The notes below the pieces were generated by a model that was given only the letters and a program-made list of their open reading frames with translations, ran no database searches and was not told the DNA's origin. Shown here piece after piece: positions 48,059 to 61,589 of a stretch of DNA of 64,000 nt (the first letter of the stretch is position 1; the number at the start of each line of letters is the position of its first letter). The translations under genes and the position numbers were made by a program. Source of the stretch: Chiloscyllium plagiosum (taxonomy: Eukaryota); NCBI RefSeq assembly GCF_004010195.1, contig NC_057749.1:22540976-22604975 (forward strand), in the 5' to 3' direction.

Positions 48059-51000
48059 TATCCATTTGTAGGGGGCAAGTTGAGCATGCCAAGACTGAAA
48101 GGATGGGCTGATTTAAATTCTGAGTATGTAAAAATGGGGCTGTCTTAAATCTCAGATGACATTTATGCCATAACTTACAGCACGGACTATGAGCCAATTC
48201 CTTCTATTTACCACAGCTTTGTGTTGCTGTCATTTCCACATCCACCCCCCACCCCCCCAAATACAGTTTGTAATGGTTTCCATTCACCTTGCCCTGTGTT
48301 GTGACCAGACAAATGTAGAACATACATGCACACAAATCTCACAAATAATAAATACGTAACAAAGGCCCCAAAAAACTAAATAAAATAGTATATATGTTAA
48401 GAGTAAAATGCAGTTAAAAAAAAAGAACTTTTTAAAAATAAAAGATTTAATAATCTACTTTATATTGTGCCCTCACAGTCTGAAAATATTGAAGGTGAGC
48501 AGGTACACTTGGTCTTTCTGGTTGATGTTAGCAGAGGTTTTTTAAACTTGAAAAGAGATAAGGCTGACTTCCTTGTATAAAGATATTAGCTCCATCTTGA
48601 ATACGTAACCAATGGTCACCATAACTGGAGCCAGCTCTCAATTCCAAATTAGTTTTTAAAAAAAACTGAATTTAGATTCCATTAGTGGCTGTCAGATTTG
48701 AATCTGCTTCCCCCAGTCCATTATATAGTTTAGACCTTTAATACTCTGATATTATCACCAGTCCACCATCTCCACACCAAGGGGCGAGTGGGTTGTATTT
48801 CTCAGTACAAGTTGATGTCAGATAATCTCCACACTGTACTGATGAATTATAGACAAGCCAACTGCTGGTCTTCTTTTGATTTCAATTCTGCTCTCTCCGT
48901 TTTGATCCCAGATATTGAAATTAATTAATCGATATTAGTGATGGCTGTGGACTACTTAAACACACTTGCCAGACAAGAACAAAACCAGGCGTAAACAGCT
49001 CTACTCATTAAAGTTCCACCCAGAGCTAATCCATTGACATTTAGGCCATATGAACTCACCTACTGATCCTCAGCATCAGGACAGATTTAGTGTACAATAT
49101 GACAATAAGACAACTTGTAGCTATTAGTGAAAAGAGCTTAATAGTTTTCATTTTCACTCTGAGACAGAGAATCATGAATGCAGTGATCCTGTTAAAGACA
49201 GAACTCCCAAGTTGACACTCATCAACCATGGGTTGGCATGGTGCTCAATGGTTTGTATTTAAAATGGTCATTGGATAGACACAAGGATGAAAATGGAATA
49301 GTGTAGGTTAGATGGGCTTCAGAATACAGGTCGGCGCAATATCGAGAGCCAAAGGGTCTGTACTGCACTGTAATGTTCACTACTGCCTCACAGCGCCAGG
49401 GATTCAGGTTTGATCACACCTGTGAGTGACTGTGCAGAGTTTGCACGTTCTCCCCCTTTCTTGTGGATGCTCTGGTCTCCTCCTATAGCCTAAGGATGTG
49501 CAGGTTAGGTGGAGTGCCCATGGAAAAGGCAGGGTGATAGGGCAGGGCAGCGGTTCTGGGTGTGATGCTCTTTGGTGAGTCAGTGTGGAGTTGACGGGCT
49601 GAATGGCCTGCTTCCATACTGGAGGGATTCTATGAAAGAACGCCACCCTGTTGGATAAAAGCAAAACCCTGCGGATCCTGGAAAACTGGAAAAAAAAACA
49701 AATTGCTGGAGAAACTCAGCAAGTCTGGCAGTATCTGTGGAGAGAGAAACAGAGATAACGTTGAGAGCCCACTATCAGCTCCAGGTCATTAAGTCATACA
49801 GCGTAGAAACAGGTCTTTTGGCCTAAACTTGTCCATGCCAACCAGTTTTTCTAAACTGAACTAGTCCAATTTGCCTACATTTGGCCCAAATTCCTACTGA
49901 TTTGGACAGCTCCAAGGGTAGGGAAGGTTTAGAAGGACATGGGCCTAACAAAGACAAATGGGACTAATTCAGTTTCGGAAACATGGTCATCATGGACGAG
50001 TTTGACCAAAAGATCTTCTGAAGAAGGGTCAAACCAGACAAGAAACATTAACTCCATTTCCCTCTCCACTGATGCTGCCAGACCTGCTGAGTTTCTCCAG
50101 CATTGTGTGTTGATTAGTGACTCCGTTAACACAAGCATGTCTACAGGATAGAAACTGGAAGCGGAGCCAAGTGCTCCCTACACAGTGGGCTGACTGCAGC
50201 AGGACCTACAAGTCTCCACCTTGACAAAGCTGACAGGAATCTTACAAAAGCCTGAAACATCAACGGTCCCAACAGGGAGTCACCAGCTGGTGAGAGAGGA
50301 AAATGGCAGCCACCACCACCTCTCCGTTGATCACTATAGACCATCAATGGCTTGGCAACCAGACCATTACCAAAAACGACCACCCACTATGCCATGTGAC
50401 AGTGTCATGTGGTTGTGACAGACCCCCCCTCGCAAGAATTGGTCTTCATAGCTATGCATTAAATGAAGATATTCCGTTTTAAATGGATTGTGTGTGGTGT
50501 ATCCATCACTGCCCACAGATGACGACAATGGCAGGATCAGGATTGTTAATGCTCCCCAGAGTAATACTAAAAGCCGTTGCTTTTTGGTTTGTTTATGTTG
50601 AACTTAAAACAATTGACTGACAGTTTTGCTCTGGCTTTTCCATTTCAAACTCAACCGCAGAATGAGACTATTCGTCCCATCACTGACGTTTCTCTAATTG
50701 CTATCCCCTTTCAAAATAAAAGCCCAAATACTTACCCATTTTCGATTTTTGAAATTGTTCTGTAATCTGTCTAAACATCATGGGCCTCTCAACATCATGT
50801 TTCACGCACATGACCATGTTCGTTATTAAGATCTAAGAGAACTTATTGTATCTCTGCGTCAAATGCATTGCTTTGAACAGGAAGAAAGAAACATTTGTTC
50901 AATGGGCCCAATAATCATTGCAAGCTGCCGGTGTTTTGAAGGTTCCTCTGTTCTTTATTTGTGTGGTTTTCTTGATGAGGTTCTCTCTCTCTCTCTCTCT

Positions 51001-51781
51001 TGCTCCTTACCCTTTTGTTGGGCACTTAAAATCACCAAGAACTTTGTAAAAGATGCCATTACCTACATTGGAATCTACGCAGCTATTTAACTGTGAGACA
51101 AGTTGCTTTCAACCCCATACCTGTCACGGCACAACATCCACATCGATCAATGAATAATGGTCAGGAAGAGGAGCTGCTAATATCGGGATGGAGAGCAATT
51201 GTATGATTTTTTTTTCCTGCTACTCGATCATGGGCGTGGGGGTATCATTGGCTGCTCCAGCATTGAATTTTCGTCTCTGACTGGCCTTTAAAAAGTGGTG
51301 GACAGCTGCCTTCTTGAACCGCTGCTGTCTGATCGAGTAGGTACGTCAATAGGGAAGAGAGTTCCAGGATTTTTGACCCAGTGTTAATAAAGGAAAGGAG
51401 ATTAAGTTCCCAGTAAGAACGGTGGATGACTTGGAGTGCGACTTGCAGGTGGTGCAATTCCAAGCACTTGCTGTCCTTGTCTTTTTTGGTTGGTCTCAGA
51501 AGGTGCTGTGAAAGGAGCCATGGTGACTGGCCACCCTGCTTTTTATAGATGATGTGCAGCAGACTGACAGACTGGTGAAGGACTACGTTGGTCTTCTGCG
51601 CAGGTTTGCACATTACAGATAGACGCCAGTTCCGTCGCTGGACAGAAAGAGCTTGGCTTGGAGTGTGACAAGTTCGGAAACACAAGTCTTCAGTACTATT
51701 GCCGGAATATTGTCAGGGCTCCTTGCACATTGCCTCCAGCTATTTCTCGATATGAATTAAATTGGCGTCTGTGATGCTGGG

Positions 51782-52401
51782 AGAGAGTGAGGACTGCAGA
51801 TGCTGGAGAATCAGAGTCAAAAAGTGTGGCACTGGAAAAGCACAGCAGGTCAGGCAGCATCCGAGGAGCAGGAGAGTCGATGTTTTGGCCATAAACCCTT
51901 CATCAGGAATGTGGAGAGGTGGGGGATAAGTGAAAGGGTCCGAGAGATTAACAGGGAAAGGGGACAGAGCTGGGAGGTGAAGGAATGTAGGAAGGCGATA
52001 GGTAAATGCAGGTGGGGGGGTGATGGTGATAGGTCGGAGGAGCAGGTGGTGCGGATAGTGGGAAAGAAGATGGACAGGTCAAGAGGGCGGTGCTGAGTTG
52101 GAGGGTTGGATCTGGGATGAGGTGGGTGNNNNNNNNNNNNNNNNNNNNNNNNNNNNNNNNNNNNNNNNNNNNNNNNNNNNNNNNNNNNNNNNNNNNNNNN
52201 NNNNNNNNNNNNNNNNNNNNNNNNNNNNNNNNNNNNNNNNNNNNNNNNNNNNNNNNNNNNNNNNNNNNNNNNNNNNNNNNNNNNNNNNNNNNNNNNNNNN
52301 NNNNNNNNNNNNNNNNNNNNNNNNNNNNNNNNNNNNNNNNNNNNNNNNNNNNNNNNNNNNNNNNNNNNNNNNNNNNNNNNNNNNNNNNNNNNNNNNNNTG
52401 T

Positions 52402-52447
<46 letters not shown>

Positions 52448-53670
52448 GCTTCTATCCTTGTTGCAATTGGAAGGGTGGGGTTCTAGGGCGGAGGTGCGGG
52501 AAGTGGAGGAGATACACTGGAGGATATTGTTGATCTTGTGGGAGGGGTAATTGCAGTCCTTGAAAGAGGAGGCCACCTGGGTTGCCCTGGAGTGGAATTG
52601 CACCTCCTGGGAGCAGATACAGCAGAGGCAGAGGAATTGTGAGTAAGGAATGGCATTTTTACAGAAAAGGGTGGGTGGGATGAGGTGTAGTCCAGGTAGC
52701 TGTAGGAGTTGGTGGGTTTGAAATAGAGTCCATGTTGAGTCGGTGATCAGAGACAGAGAGGTCCAGGAAGAGGAGGGAGATGTGCAGATGATTCAGGTCA
52801 GACTGGAAGTTATTGAACTGTTCCAACCTCCTCATGGGAGCATGAGGTGGCGCCAATACAGTCATCAATGTAGCAACGGAAAAGGTGGGGAATGGTGCCA
52901 GTGTAACTGCGGAAGAGGGACTGTTCCACATATCCCATCAAGACGCATGGGGTCCACGTGGGTGCTCATGGCTACCCCTTTGGTCTGAAGGAAGTGGGAG
53001 GATTCGAAGGAGACGTTGTTGAGGGTGAGGACCAGTTCACCAATTGAACGTGTGTGTCGGTGGAGGGGACTGGTTGGGTCCGTGGGAGAGGAAGAAACGG
53101 AGAGCTTGGAGGCCTTGGTGATAGGGGTGTGTAGGGATTGTATGTCCATGGTGAAGACGAGGTGTTGGGGTCAGGGAATTGAAAGTCATGGAAGTGGTGG
53201 AGGGCGAGGATGGTGTCCTGAATGTATGTGGGAAGATCCTGGACCAAGGGGGACAGGACAGCGTTGAGGTATGAGGAGATACTTTCAGTGGGGCAGGAGC
53301 AGGCCGCGATGATCGGTCGACAGGGGCAGTCAGGTTTGTGGATTTTGAGTCAGGTGGTAGAACTGGACAGTGCAAGGTTTGGGAACAATGAGGTTGGAGG
53401 CTGTGGATGGGAGATCTCTGGAGATGATAAGGTTGTGGATGGTTTCTGAGATGATGGTTTGGTGATGGGGCGGGCATCATGGTCGAGGAGACAGTCGGAG
53501 GAGGTGTCTTCAAGTTGGCGCCTGAGGTCGGGCGCCTAGCTATCACTGTGCCGCGCTCCACCCCCCCCACCTTTGTCTGCTGGTTGATGGTGAGGTTGGG
53601 GTTGGAGCGGATGGCTACATGTGGTGAGGGCAGGAGGTTGGAGTGGGTGAGGGGGTGGACAGGTTGAGGT
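51782..53670 (-). mobile_element. Penelope-like retroelement, decayed RT ORF plus 3' terminal repeat, spanning an N-gap
   Basis: VQDLPTYIQDT..ALHHFHDFQFP, MDIQSLHTPI, ELVLTLNNVSFESSHFLQTKGVAM, FHSRATQVASSFKDCNYP motifs; terminus matches the family A palindrome arms; inserted within an older LINE (ca. 51230-54000). Confidence 0.85.
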
Positions 53671-54341
53671 GGACCCTCTGGAGGAGGCGGAGATAGATCA
53701 ACAACTCAGCACATCTGGCTCCAGATGGATGCTTCCAATATCTCTGATGTGCTGGACTCTTGTCATCACCGAGGAGGGGGGCTTTTTGTGGAGGATCACC
53801 TTCTTATTGGTTTTTATTTATCCACCACCATTCACAACTGGATGAGGCAGGACTGCAGAGCTTAGATCTGATCTGCTGGATATTGGGACCATATCGCTCA
53901 ATTACATGCTGATTCTGCAGTCTGACATGCAAGTAGACCTGAGTTGTATCATCACCAAGATAACGTCTCAATTTTAGATTCGTAAAGCATGCAAGCAAAG
54001 ATGCCATCTTGTCACCTGACCACAGGACTCCTCTCTCATTCGAGGGAAAGAGAGAGAAACGAGTGGTGATGATTTAACCTGAGGGTCACCATGCTTTAGT
54101 TAAGAGAAGGCGGTACAAGTCCTTTATTGTAACCTCAGTTGGGGTGGAAATTGAACCCACATTCTATGACACAAACCTGCCTCCAGCCAACGGATCTAAC
54201 TATCCTCCAAAACAAAAAGGTATGGCAGGAGCTGATACATTACTGGCAGCTATGTCCATCTTGAACAAATTATGGAATACTTCCTGAGTTTCCATGCATA
54301 CTAAATGGACTGAGGTCTAAGCAGTATCACTCCTCTTTCTT

Positions 54342-54375
<34 letters not shown>

Positions 54376-54389
54376 TGACTGTAGTTTGC

Positions 54390-55050
54390 AGAGTCATTCA
54401 GCAGGGAAGTAGACCCTTCAGTCCTACCATAATCCCAAACTAAATTAGTCCCACCTACCTGCATATGGCCCATATCCCTCCAAACATTTCCTATTCATGT
54501 ATTAATCCAAATGCCTTTTATATGTTGTAACTATACCCATATCCACCACTTCCTCATTATACACACCAACCACCCTGCGTGTAAAAAAAGTTGCCCCTCA
54601 GGTCTTTTCTAAATATTTCTGCTCTCACCTTAAAAATATGCCCTAGTCTTGAAATCCCCCATCCTAGGGAAAAGATGCATGCCATTCACCTTTTCTATGC
54701 CCCTCATGATTTTAAAAACCTCTATTACACCACACCTCAACCTCCTACGCTCCAGTGAAATAAGTCCCAGCCTATCCAGCTTCTCCTTATAACACAAACC
54801 CTCCATTCCTGGCAGCATCCTGGGAAACCTTTTCAGTTTAACGATATCCTTTCTGTAACAGGGTGACCAGAACCGGACACAGTGCTCCAGAAGAGGCCTC
54901 ACCAACATCCTGTACAACCTCAACATTATACTCCGAGGTCTGAGCAATGAAGGTAAGTGTGCTAAACACCTTCTTAACCACCCTGTCTACATGTGACGCA
55001 AACTTATGCACCTGAACCCCCAGGTCTCTTTGTTCTACAACATTAACCAA
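54390..55050 (-). mobile_element. CR1 LINE 3' fragment
   Basis: MLRLYRMLVRPLLEHCVRFWSPCYRKDIVKL..LERRRLR. Confidence 0.88.
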
Positions 55051-56959
55051 CTTCCTCCCCTCTAACCTACGCCACCAGGATGGGGAATGTTGGGGGCACA
55101 TTACCACTTCCAAATTTCTCTCCAGCTCACAGAATGCCCTGACTTGGAAACATTACCCATTTGTCACTGAGTCCAAATCTTGAAATTCCTGACTTAAACT
55201 CCCTCCCTACCCGACATTCCTGCATTGGGTTTTAAAAAGAGAGTTTACCACTAGCATCTTGAGATCAATTAGATTTGGGAATTGAATGGTGGACGTGACC
55301 CACAGAAGAAATAAAATGAATTGATGACTAATCAAGGACTGAACACGCTACTGTAATATTCTGAAGCCAAAACGCAAGCAAATTGGTAATGCAATAAATT
55401 CACTTTGATGGGATTTCTTACAAATGCAACTTTTTCCGATGATAACTGCCTCAGCTCTATTTAAGCAGGGACACAGATGTTCCATCCCTATGTGAAGGGT
55501 GCAAGGTCCTTAATTCACAACTTGCAATTTTATTCCTGTTTATTGTGATGAAAGCCATTCACTGGTTCCGAAGGCTCCTTGTAACTGTGTTATGCTGTTA
55601 AGTTCCCACACCTGCAGAGTCTTGCCTTTGACAAATAAATCACTTCTCACACAGAGAATCACAGAATTGTCACAGCACAGGAGGAGGCCAGTCTACTGTG
55701 TCTGCACTAGTTCTATTACCCACTGCCAATCTCCTGCCTTTCGCCCATATCCCATTTCTCTACAAACAATCATCCAATATCCTCTTAATACCCATCACAT
55801 TTACAGGCAGTGCATTCCTGACCTTAACTACTTGCTGCGCACAGGAGTTTTTTTTTCTTACATTTCTCTAGAACTTCTCTTCCGTTGCATTGGAGTGTTG
55901 TGGTCATTCTGTAGGTTACTAAATTACAATTTGAAATGAAAGCAATGCAGAACTCTGAGCAGACTGCAATGGAAGATTCTAATCTTAAAATAAAACGTGT
56001 CAATGGTATGCTGCCAGTATCACCATGATGCTTGCTTCTTATGGTTACAGACACAGCTCTAGCCACAAATATTGGTAAAATCACTGACATATTCCCTGTT
56101 CTTTATCTGCTGAAAGTCTTAGACTTGCACCAAATCAAATGCATTGGGGATTGTCTACGTATGCCACAGCTTTGTTGACGAATGAAGAGAGCAATCTATG
56201 AGAAGTGGGTTCTGCCACCCGTTGTATGTATGAGGCGGTTACCACTTGATTGTTATTCTTTCAATGTTGGCACCCATAGCCATTTCTCATCATGGTGGCA
56301 CAACAGCGGCTCACAAATGGTGTTCCATTTTCCTCTGACATTAGCTAGTCATAGTCAGAGATCTACAGCAAGGTAAAAAGGCCCTTTGGCCCATCGAGTC
56401 TGCATCCACCTAAATACTCCAATCCCATTCTCCAGCACTTGACCCATGACCTTTTATGCTTTGGCATTACAGATGCACATCTGAATGTGATGTGCCTCTC
56501 TCCCCCTTACAGTCAGTTCCAGAATCCCCCCCCATCCTCTGGGTGAAAAGGGTTTCCTCACATCACCTCCAATCCTTCTGTCCCTTACCATAAATCTATG
56601 CCCTGCATCATTGATCCCTCCATCAAGGGGCGGGGGGATGTTCCTTCCTATCTACTCCATTTACGCCCCCTATAATTTTCTACATCTCAATTATGAGCCT
56701 CTCAGTCTCCTCTGCTCCAAGGAAAGCAACCTCAGTCTGTCCAACCTGTCTTCAATGACTAAAAGTCTTCAGCACAGGCAAGATCTCCTCCGCACCCTCT
56801 CTAGTCACGCGGCGCTCTGAAAGCTAGTGCTTCCAAATAAACTTGTTGGATTATAACCTGGTGTTGTGAGATTTTTAACTTTGTCCACCCCAGTCCAACA
56901 CCGGCACCTTCAAGTCCTAGTATTTCCCAGTTGTGTGAATCGATGTTTAGCATTTCCTT

Positions 56960-57262
56960 GTTATACAAGTTCCCTCAATGCAGGTGTTCCCGTTGAGAAA
57001 ATTCTTGCACATGCGATTATCTTCCATCCTGTTCACGTGACTGAGTCAATGAAGACATCTTGTGAATGGAAACATACCTGGGAGTTTTACCTTTGAGGCG
57101 ACTGTTAAATTCATGGTTGTATCCTTCTGTAAGATGCCTGGAATACACCACATTCTACAAAGATAAAAGTTATTGAGCTTCCCTTTTTGGTAGTTGCGAA
57201 TTGCCTGTGTATCACACTCATACAACAAGGTGCTTAGAAAACAAGTGTCATAAACCAGCATC
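56960..57262 (-). mobile_element. RTE-clade LINE remnant
   Basis: LVYDTCFLSTLLYECDT..KLNNFYLCRMWCIPGILQKD resembles RTE VYxACVLSTLLYGSETW..LNxFHxRCLRxILGIxWQD. Confidence 0.7.
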
Positions 57263-57289
57263 ACGTTTCCTGTTATGAAATATTCTGGC

Positions 57290-58262
57290 CACTATTTTGA
57301 AATTACCACCACGATTACTGCCACAATTATGATTCAAGCCACAATTATATCCACATTTACTAATATGTTTCTTGCCACAATTACTGCTGTGGTGACAAAC
57401 AGAATTATTGCTATATGTATTATAACAATCACTAGCTTGTTTGGTAACACAATTACTCAAATGATTACTGCAATGAGTACTGCACTGGAGACTTCAATCA
57501 TTGCTTTAATGGTGCTGCCACAACAACTGGGATGATTGCATCACGAATACTTCAATGATTACTTCCACATGTTGTACAACAGTGACATCAATGAATGCTG
57601 CCACAATCCCTGCAAAGATTACTCCAATGATTACGCCTACAATTATTGCCACTATTGATTACGGTCACAATTTGTGCAACGATCACCACGACGATTGCTC
57701 CAACAGTTTCTGAAATGACTGCAAACCACATTTACTGCAATGATTAATATCATAATTACTGCAACTCTTGCTCTCCCAACTATTGCCACCACAACTATTG
57801 CAGTAGTACTGCCACGATTATTGCAATGATTACTCTAACAACTTCTGCAATGGTTTCTGTCATAGTCAATTACTGCAGTGAACACTGTCACGGTTAGTAC
57901 AATGATTATTGCCACAATTCCTGCAATGATTACTTCCAGCATTATTGCAATGATTACTCTCACAATGTTTGCAATGATTACTGCCACAGTTTTTTTGCAA
58001 TGATCATTGCCACAACTACTGCAATGGCCATTGACACAAATACTGCAGTAATGGCTGCCAAAATCACTGTAATAATTACTGCAATGATTACTTCCAGACT
58101 TTTTTTGCACTGATGTTTGCAATGATTACTGCTACACTCTTTGCAATCACGCCTGCCACTATTACCACAATGAATGCTGCCACAATTATTGCAAATCATT
58201 ACTGCCATGATTACTAAAATAAACATCTCTGCACAATTATTGGCATGCAGTTTTATTACTGT
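57290..58262. repeat. Degenerate 12-bp tandem repeat array, about 1 kb
   Basis: Recurrent attactgcaatg / attattgccaca units with 3- and 12-nt periodicity. Confidence 0.85.
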
Positions 58263-58689
58263 CCCATTGACTGGCAAGGCTCCTGCTCCACTTCCTGGCA
58301 GAAATAGTGAGGCTTGCCTCCTTACCTTGCCCTAGGCTTACTGTACAGCAGTGATCGAACAATGCAACCAATTCTACCTCGGTATAGAACAGAGATTTCT
58401 GGTCCTTTGTGTAATAAGGCTAATTATTAACTCAGATCACATGATATGCCTTCCAAGGATAACTGTTGTATGAACTTTGTGTGCTATTACTTGTGTACCA
58501 CAGGTTTCCTCAAAACCCCTATTACCTTCTGATTTTTTCAGCAAGTTTAATTTCATGACTAAAACCAGATTTTTAAGTAATTTGGTTTTTCATTACATTT
58601 TCCTTTGATAATCTTCTGGAATTACAGTCGACAGCTTTGATAAGATTTATTTCTGATTGAAGGGGTGGGCACAATTCATATTGTAAAAT

Positions 58690-59010
58690 GGGGCAGCACA
58701 GTGGCTAGCACTGCTGCCTCACAGTACCAGGGTCACAGGTTCGATTCCAGCCTTGGGTGACTGTCTGTGTGGTGTTTGCACATTCAACCCGTGTCTGTGT
58801 GGGTCTCCTCCCACAATCCAAATCCAAAGATGTGGAGGTTGGGGTGAATTGGCCATGTAAATTGTCCATTGTGCTAGGCGCATTAATCACTATTAATCAG
58901 GGTAGATATAGGGTAGGGTAATGGGTCTGGGTGGGTTACTCTTTGGAGGGTCAGTGTGGACCCGTTGGGCTAAAGAGCCTGTTTCCATACTGTAGGGATT
59001 CTAATCTAAA
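58690..59010 (+). mobile_element. HE1-like V-SINE
   Basis: ggggcagcacagtggctagcactgctgcctcacag..ggttcgattcc..tgtagggattctaatct. Confidence 0.85.
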
Positions 59011-59099
59011 GAAAAAATCATTACATTGAATTCTAGACAGCCTCTGAAACAGGTCTGGCTAATTAGAATTAAATGGAAAATAATTTTATCTCAATTTGA

Positions 59100-59670
59100 T
59101 TTTGCTGAGGTAGTACAGGATGGTGGTGAAGCCTCTTCCGGAGGACTGTGTCCAATTCTGGTCACCCTATTAAAGGAAGGATATTATTAAGGTGGAGAGT
59201 GTTCAGAGAGATTTACCAGGATGTTGCCAGGAATGCAGGGCTTGAGGTATAAGGAGAGGTTGGATAGGCAGGGACTTCTTTCACTACAGCGTAAGAGATT
59301 GAGGGGTGACCTTGTAGAGGTTTATAAAATTATGAGGGGCCTAGATAAGGTGACTAGCCAAGGTCTTCTCCCAAGGGTGGGGGAGCCCAGAACTAGTGGG
59401 CATAGGTTTAAGGTGAGAGGGGAAAAATAAAAAAAAACATGAGGGGCAATTATTTTTACAGAGAGTGGTTCGTGTGTGGAATTAACTACCAGAGGAAGTG
59501 GTGGATGTGGGTACAGTTACAACTTTTAAAAGACATTTCGATGAGTACATGAATATGAAATGTTTGGAGGGATATGGGCCAGGGCCAGGCAGGTGGGACT
59601 AGTTTAGTTTGGGATTATGTTCAGCATGGTTGGACCGAAGGGTCTGTTTCCATGCAGTATGCCTCTATGA
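59100..59670 (+). mobile_element. CR1 LINE 3' fragment
   Basis: MLPGMQGLRYKERLDRQGLLSLQRKRLRGDLVEVYKIMRG. Confidence 0.88.
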
Positions 59671-60699
59671 CAGCTTGAATTTTCATGAAGGTACACAGTG
59701 CATATCACTTAACCAGTGAAGACCATCCCACTGGTTCCCTATCCCTCCCATGTCTCTATGTCGAAACTATCCAACAAAAGTCCATCCCTCGATTACTCTA
59801 TAACTGCACCATTGGAACCTTTTCCTTTAGTACCCTAATTCCAGTGTTAAAGATTTCCTCAAATGCTCCAACTCTCTTATAAAATGAATCCTCCACCATT
59901 CCTCCACCAGTAAAGAACATCCTTCCACGAGCAAATACCACCAAAATTCATTTTAATGGCCCCCTAACTCTTGCAGCCGAACTTGATCTCCTATTACTAA
60001 CTCATCACTCAACATGCATAAGATAGGAAACGGATTAGAGAGACTGATGTAATGACCCTCGGTTTAAAAAAAGGTACAGTTACCATAGTCCCAGAGGAAC
60101 ATACAGCTACTCACTGATTAGAGAGAGATAACTGGTGGTGGTTTAACCCAATGGCTACCACACCTCAGGCGAGGGGAGAGGTTGTGAAGTAGAGTCCTTC
60201 ATGGTAACCTCAGCTGGCGCAGGAATTGAACTCATGCTGTTCGTTTCATTCAGAATCGCTGAGCTAACTAATCTCTTGCCCCGGCACCTCTCCTTCTCAA
60301 TCTCTTCCCTCACCTGAGGTCTGGTGGCCCTCAGGTTAAATCACCACCAGTCACTTCTCTCTGTATTGAGGGAGCAGCCCCTATGGTCTGGTAAGATTAT
60401 GGTGACGCAACACAACAATGACCCACTGCTGTTTTTCCCCAATGGAGGCAGGACATCTGTGAAATGCAATTGCTATTTCATGTGCCTGTGGGGTTCCATC
60501 GTAGTCTATTGACCACATTTACCTTGCTAATACGTTGTGTTAGAAATAATGTGTACATATATTACTGACCGAATCAATCACTCTGTTCAGGAATGTTATT
60601 ACACAGTTGCAGAGCAGTCTGGGACCTGAATGCAGACCTCCTGATTCAGAGGTAAGGACACTACCACTGTCCCCACAAGAGCTCTACAAACCAGATCAC

Positions 60700-60990
60700 A
60701 AAAACCCCACAGTGTGGAAGCAGGCCATTTGGCCCATTGAGTTCACACAAACCCTTCAAAGAGCGACCTACTTCCTACCCCATCCCTACAAACCTCCATT
60801 TCTCATGGCCAATCCACCTAACCTGCACGACTTTGGACTGTGGGAGGAAACCGGAGCACCAGGAGGAAACCCACGCAGACACGGGGAGAACATGCAAACG
60901 CCACACAGACAGTCGCCTGAGGCTGGAATCGAACCCAGGCCACTGGGGCTGTGAGGAAGCAATGTTAATGACTGAGCCACCGTGCTGCCC
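60700..60990 (-). mobile_element. HE1-like V-SINE
   Basis: Reverse-strand V-domain and head ctgagccaccgtgctgcccc. Confidence 0.88.
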
Positions 60991-61589
60991 CAAATTAAAT
61001 CATAACAGATTTGGCAGTCTGCTTTGGAATATAGTCTAACTGGACGGGATAAATATATCCTCTATCTGTTGATTATAAGGCTGTTGAATGGGAGACAATT
61101 GGCATTGTTGGGGAGAAAGGAAAAATGGTACCCTTGTATGGTAGAGGGAGCTCTTTGCTAAGGCTGCGGGTTAGGGTCAAGGCAGAGGGGAGGGAATGTG
61201 GCTAGTTGTTTCATGCACTGTAACATCTACAGAACTGCTCAATGCTAACGTTTGCGATGCAGAGGAAAGGAATAAAAGTGGAGACAAATCTACTCCTGCT
61301 AGTGTCCAGAACATAGTCAGAAATCCGTCTGCAAAGACGAGAGTTTACGATTTTGCTTCAACTAATCCAAAGAGAAGGTCTTCTTTTCACTCTCTCTACT
61401 GTTTAATACACTCAGCAAATGACAGTTAATCAAAGAGCTCACTATTTAAACCAACAGTGCGTCTCCCTTTCCTGTCCACATTGAGTCAGTGGGTATTCTT
61501 AACACGACAATGAATTACAATTTATAAAGATTGAAATGAAAAGAATTCTCAGAGGTATAATAAAGAACCAAGAATAAAAAGCTATTAGA

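Noticed and set aside
52400..52446. Poly-G run (poly-Gly/Pro ORFs, G-quadruplex)
   Set aside because: Directly abuts an N-gap inside a PLE and is probably a sequencing or assembly artefact.
55545..55610. C/D box snoRNA (gtgatga C box)
   Set aside because: No matching terminal CTGA D box or closing stem at a suitable distance.
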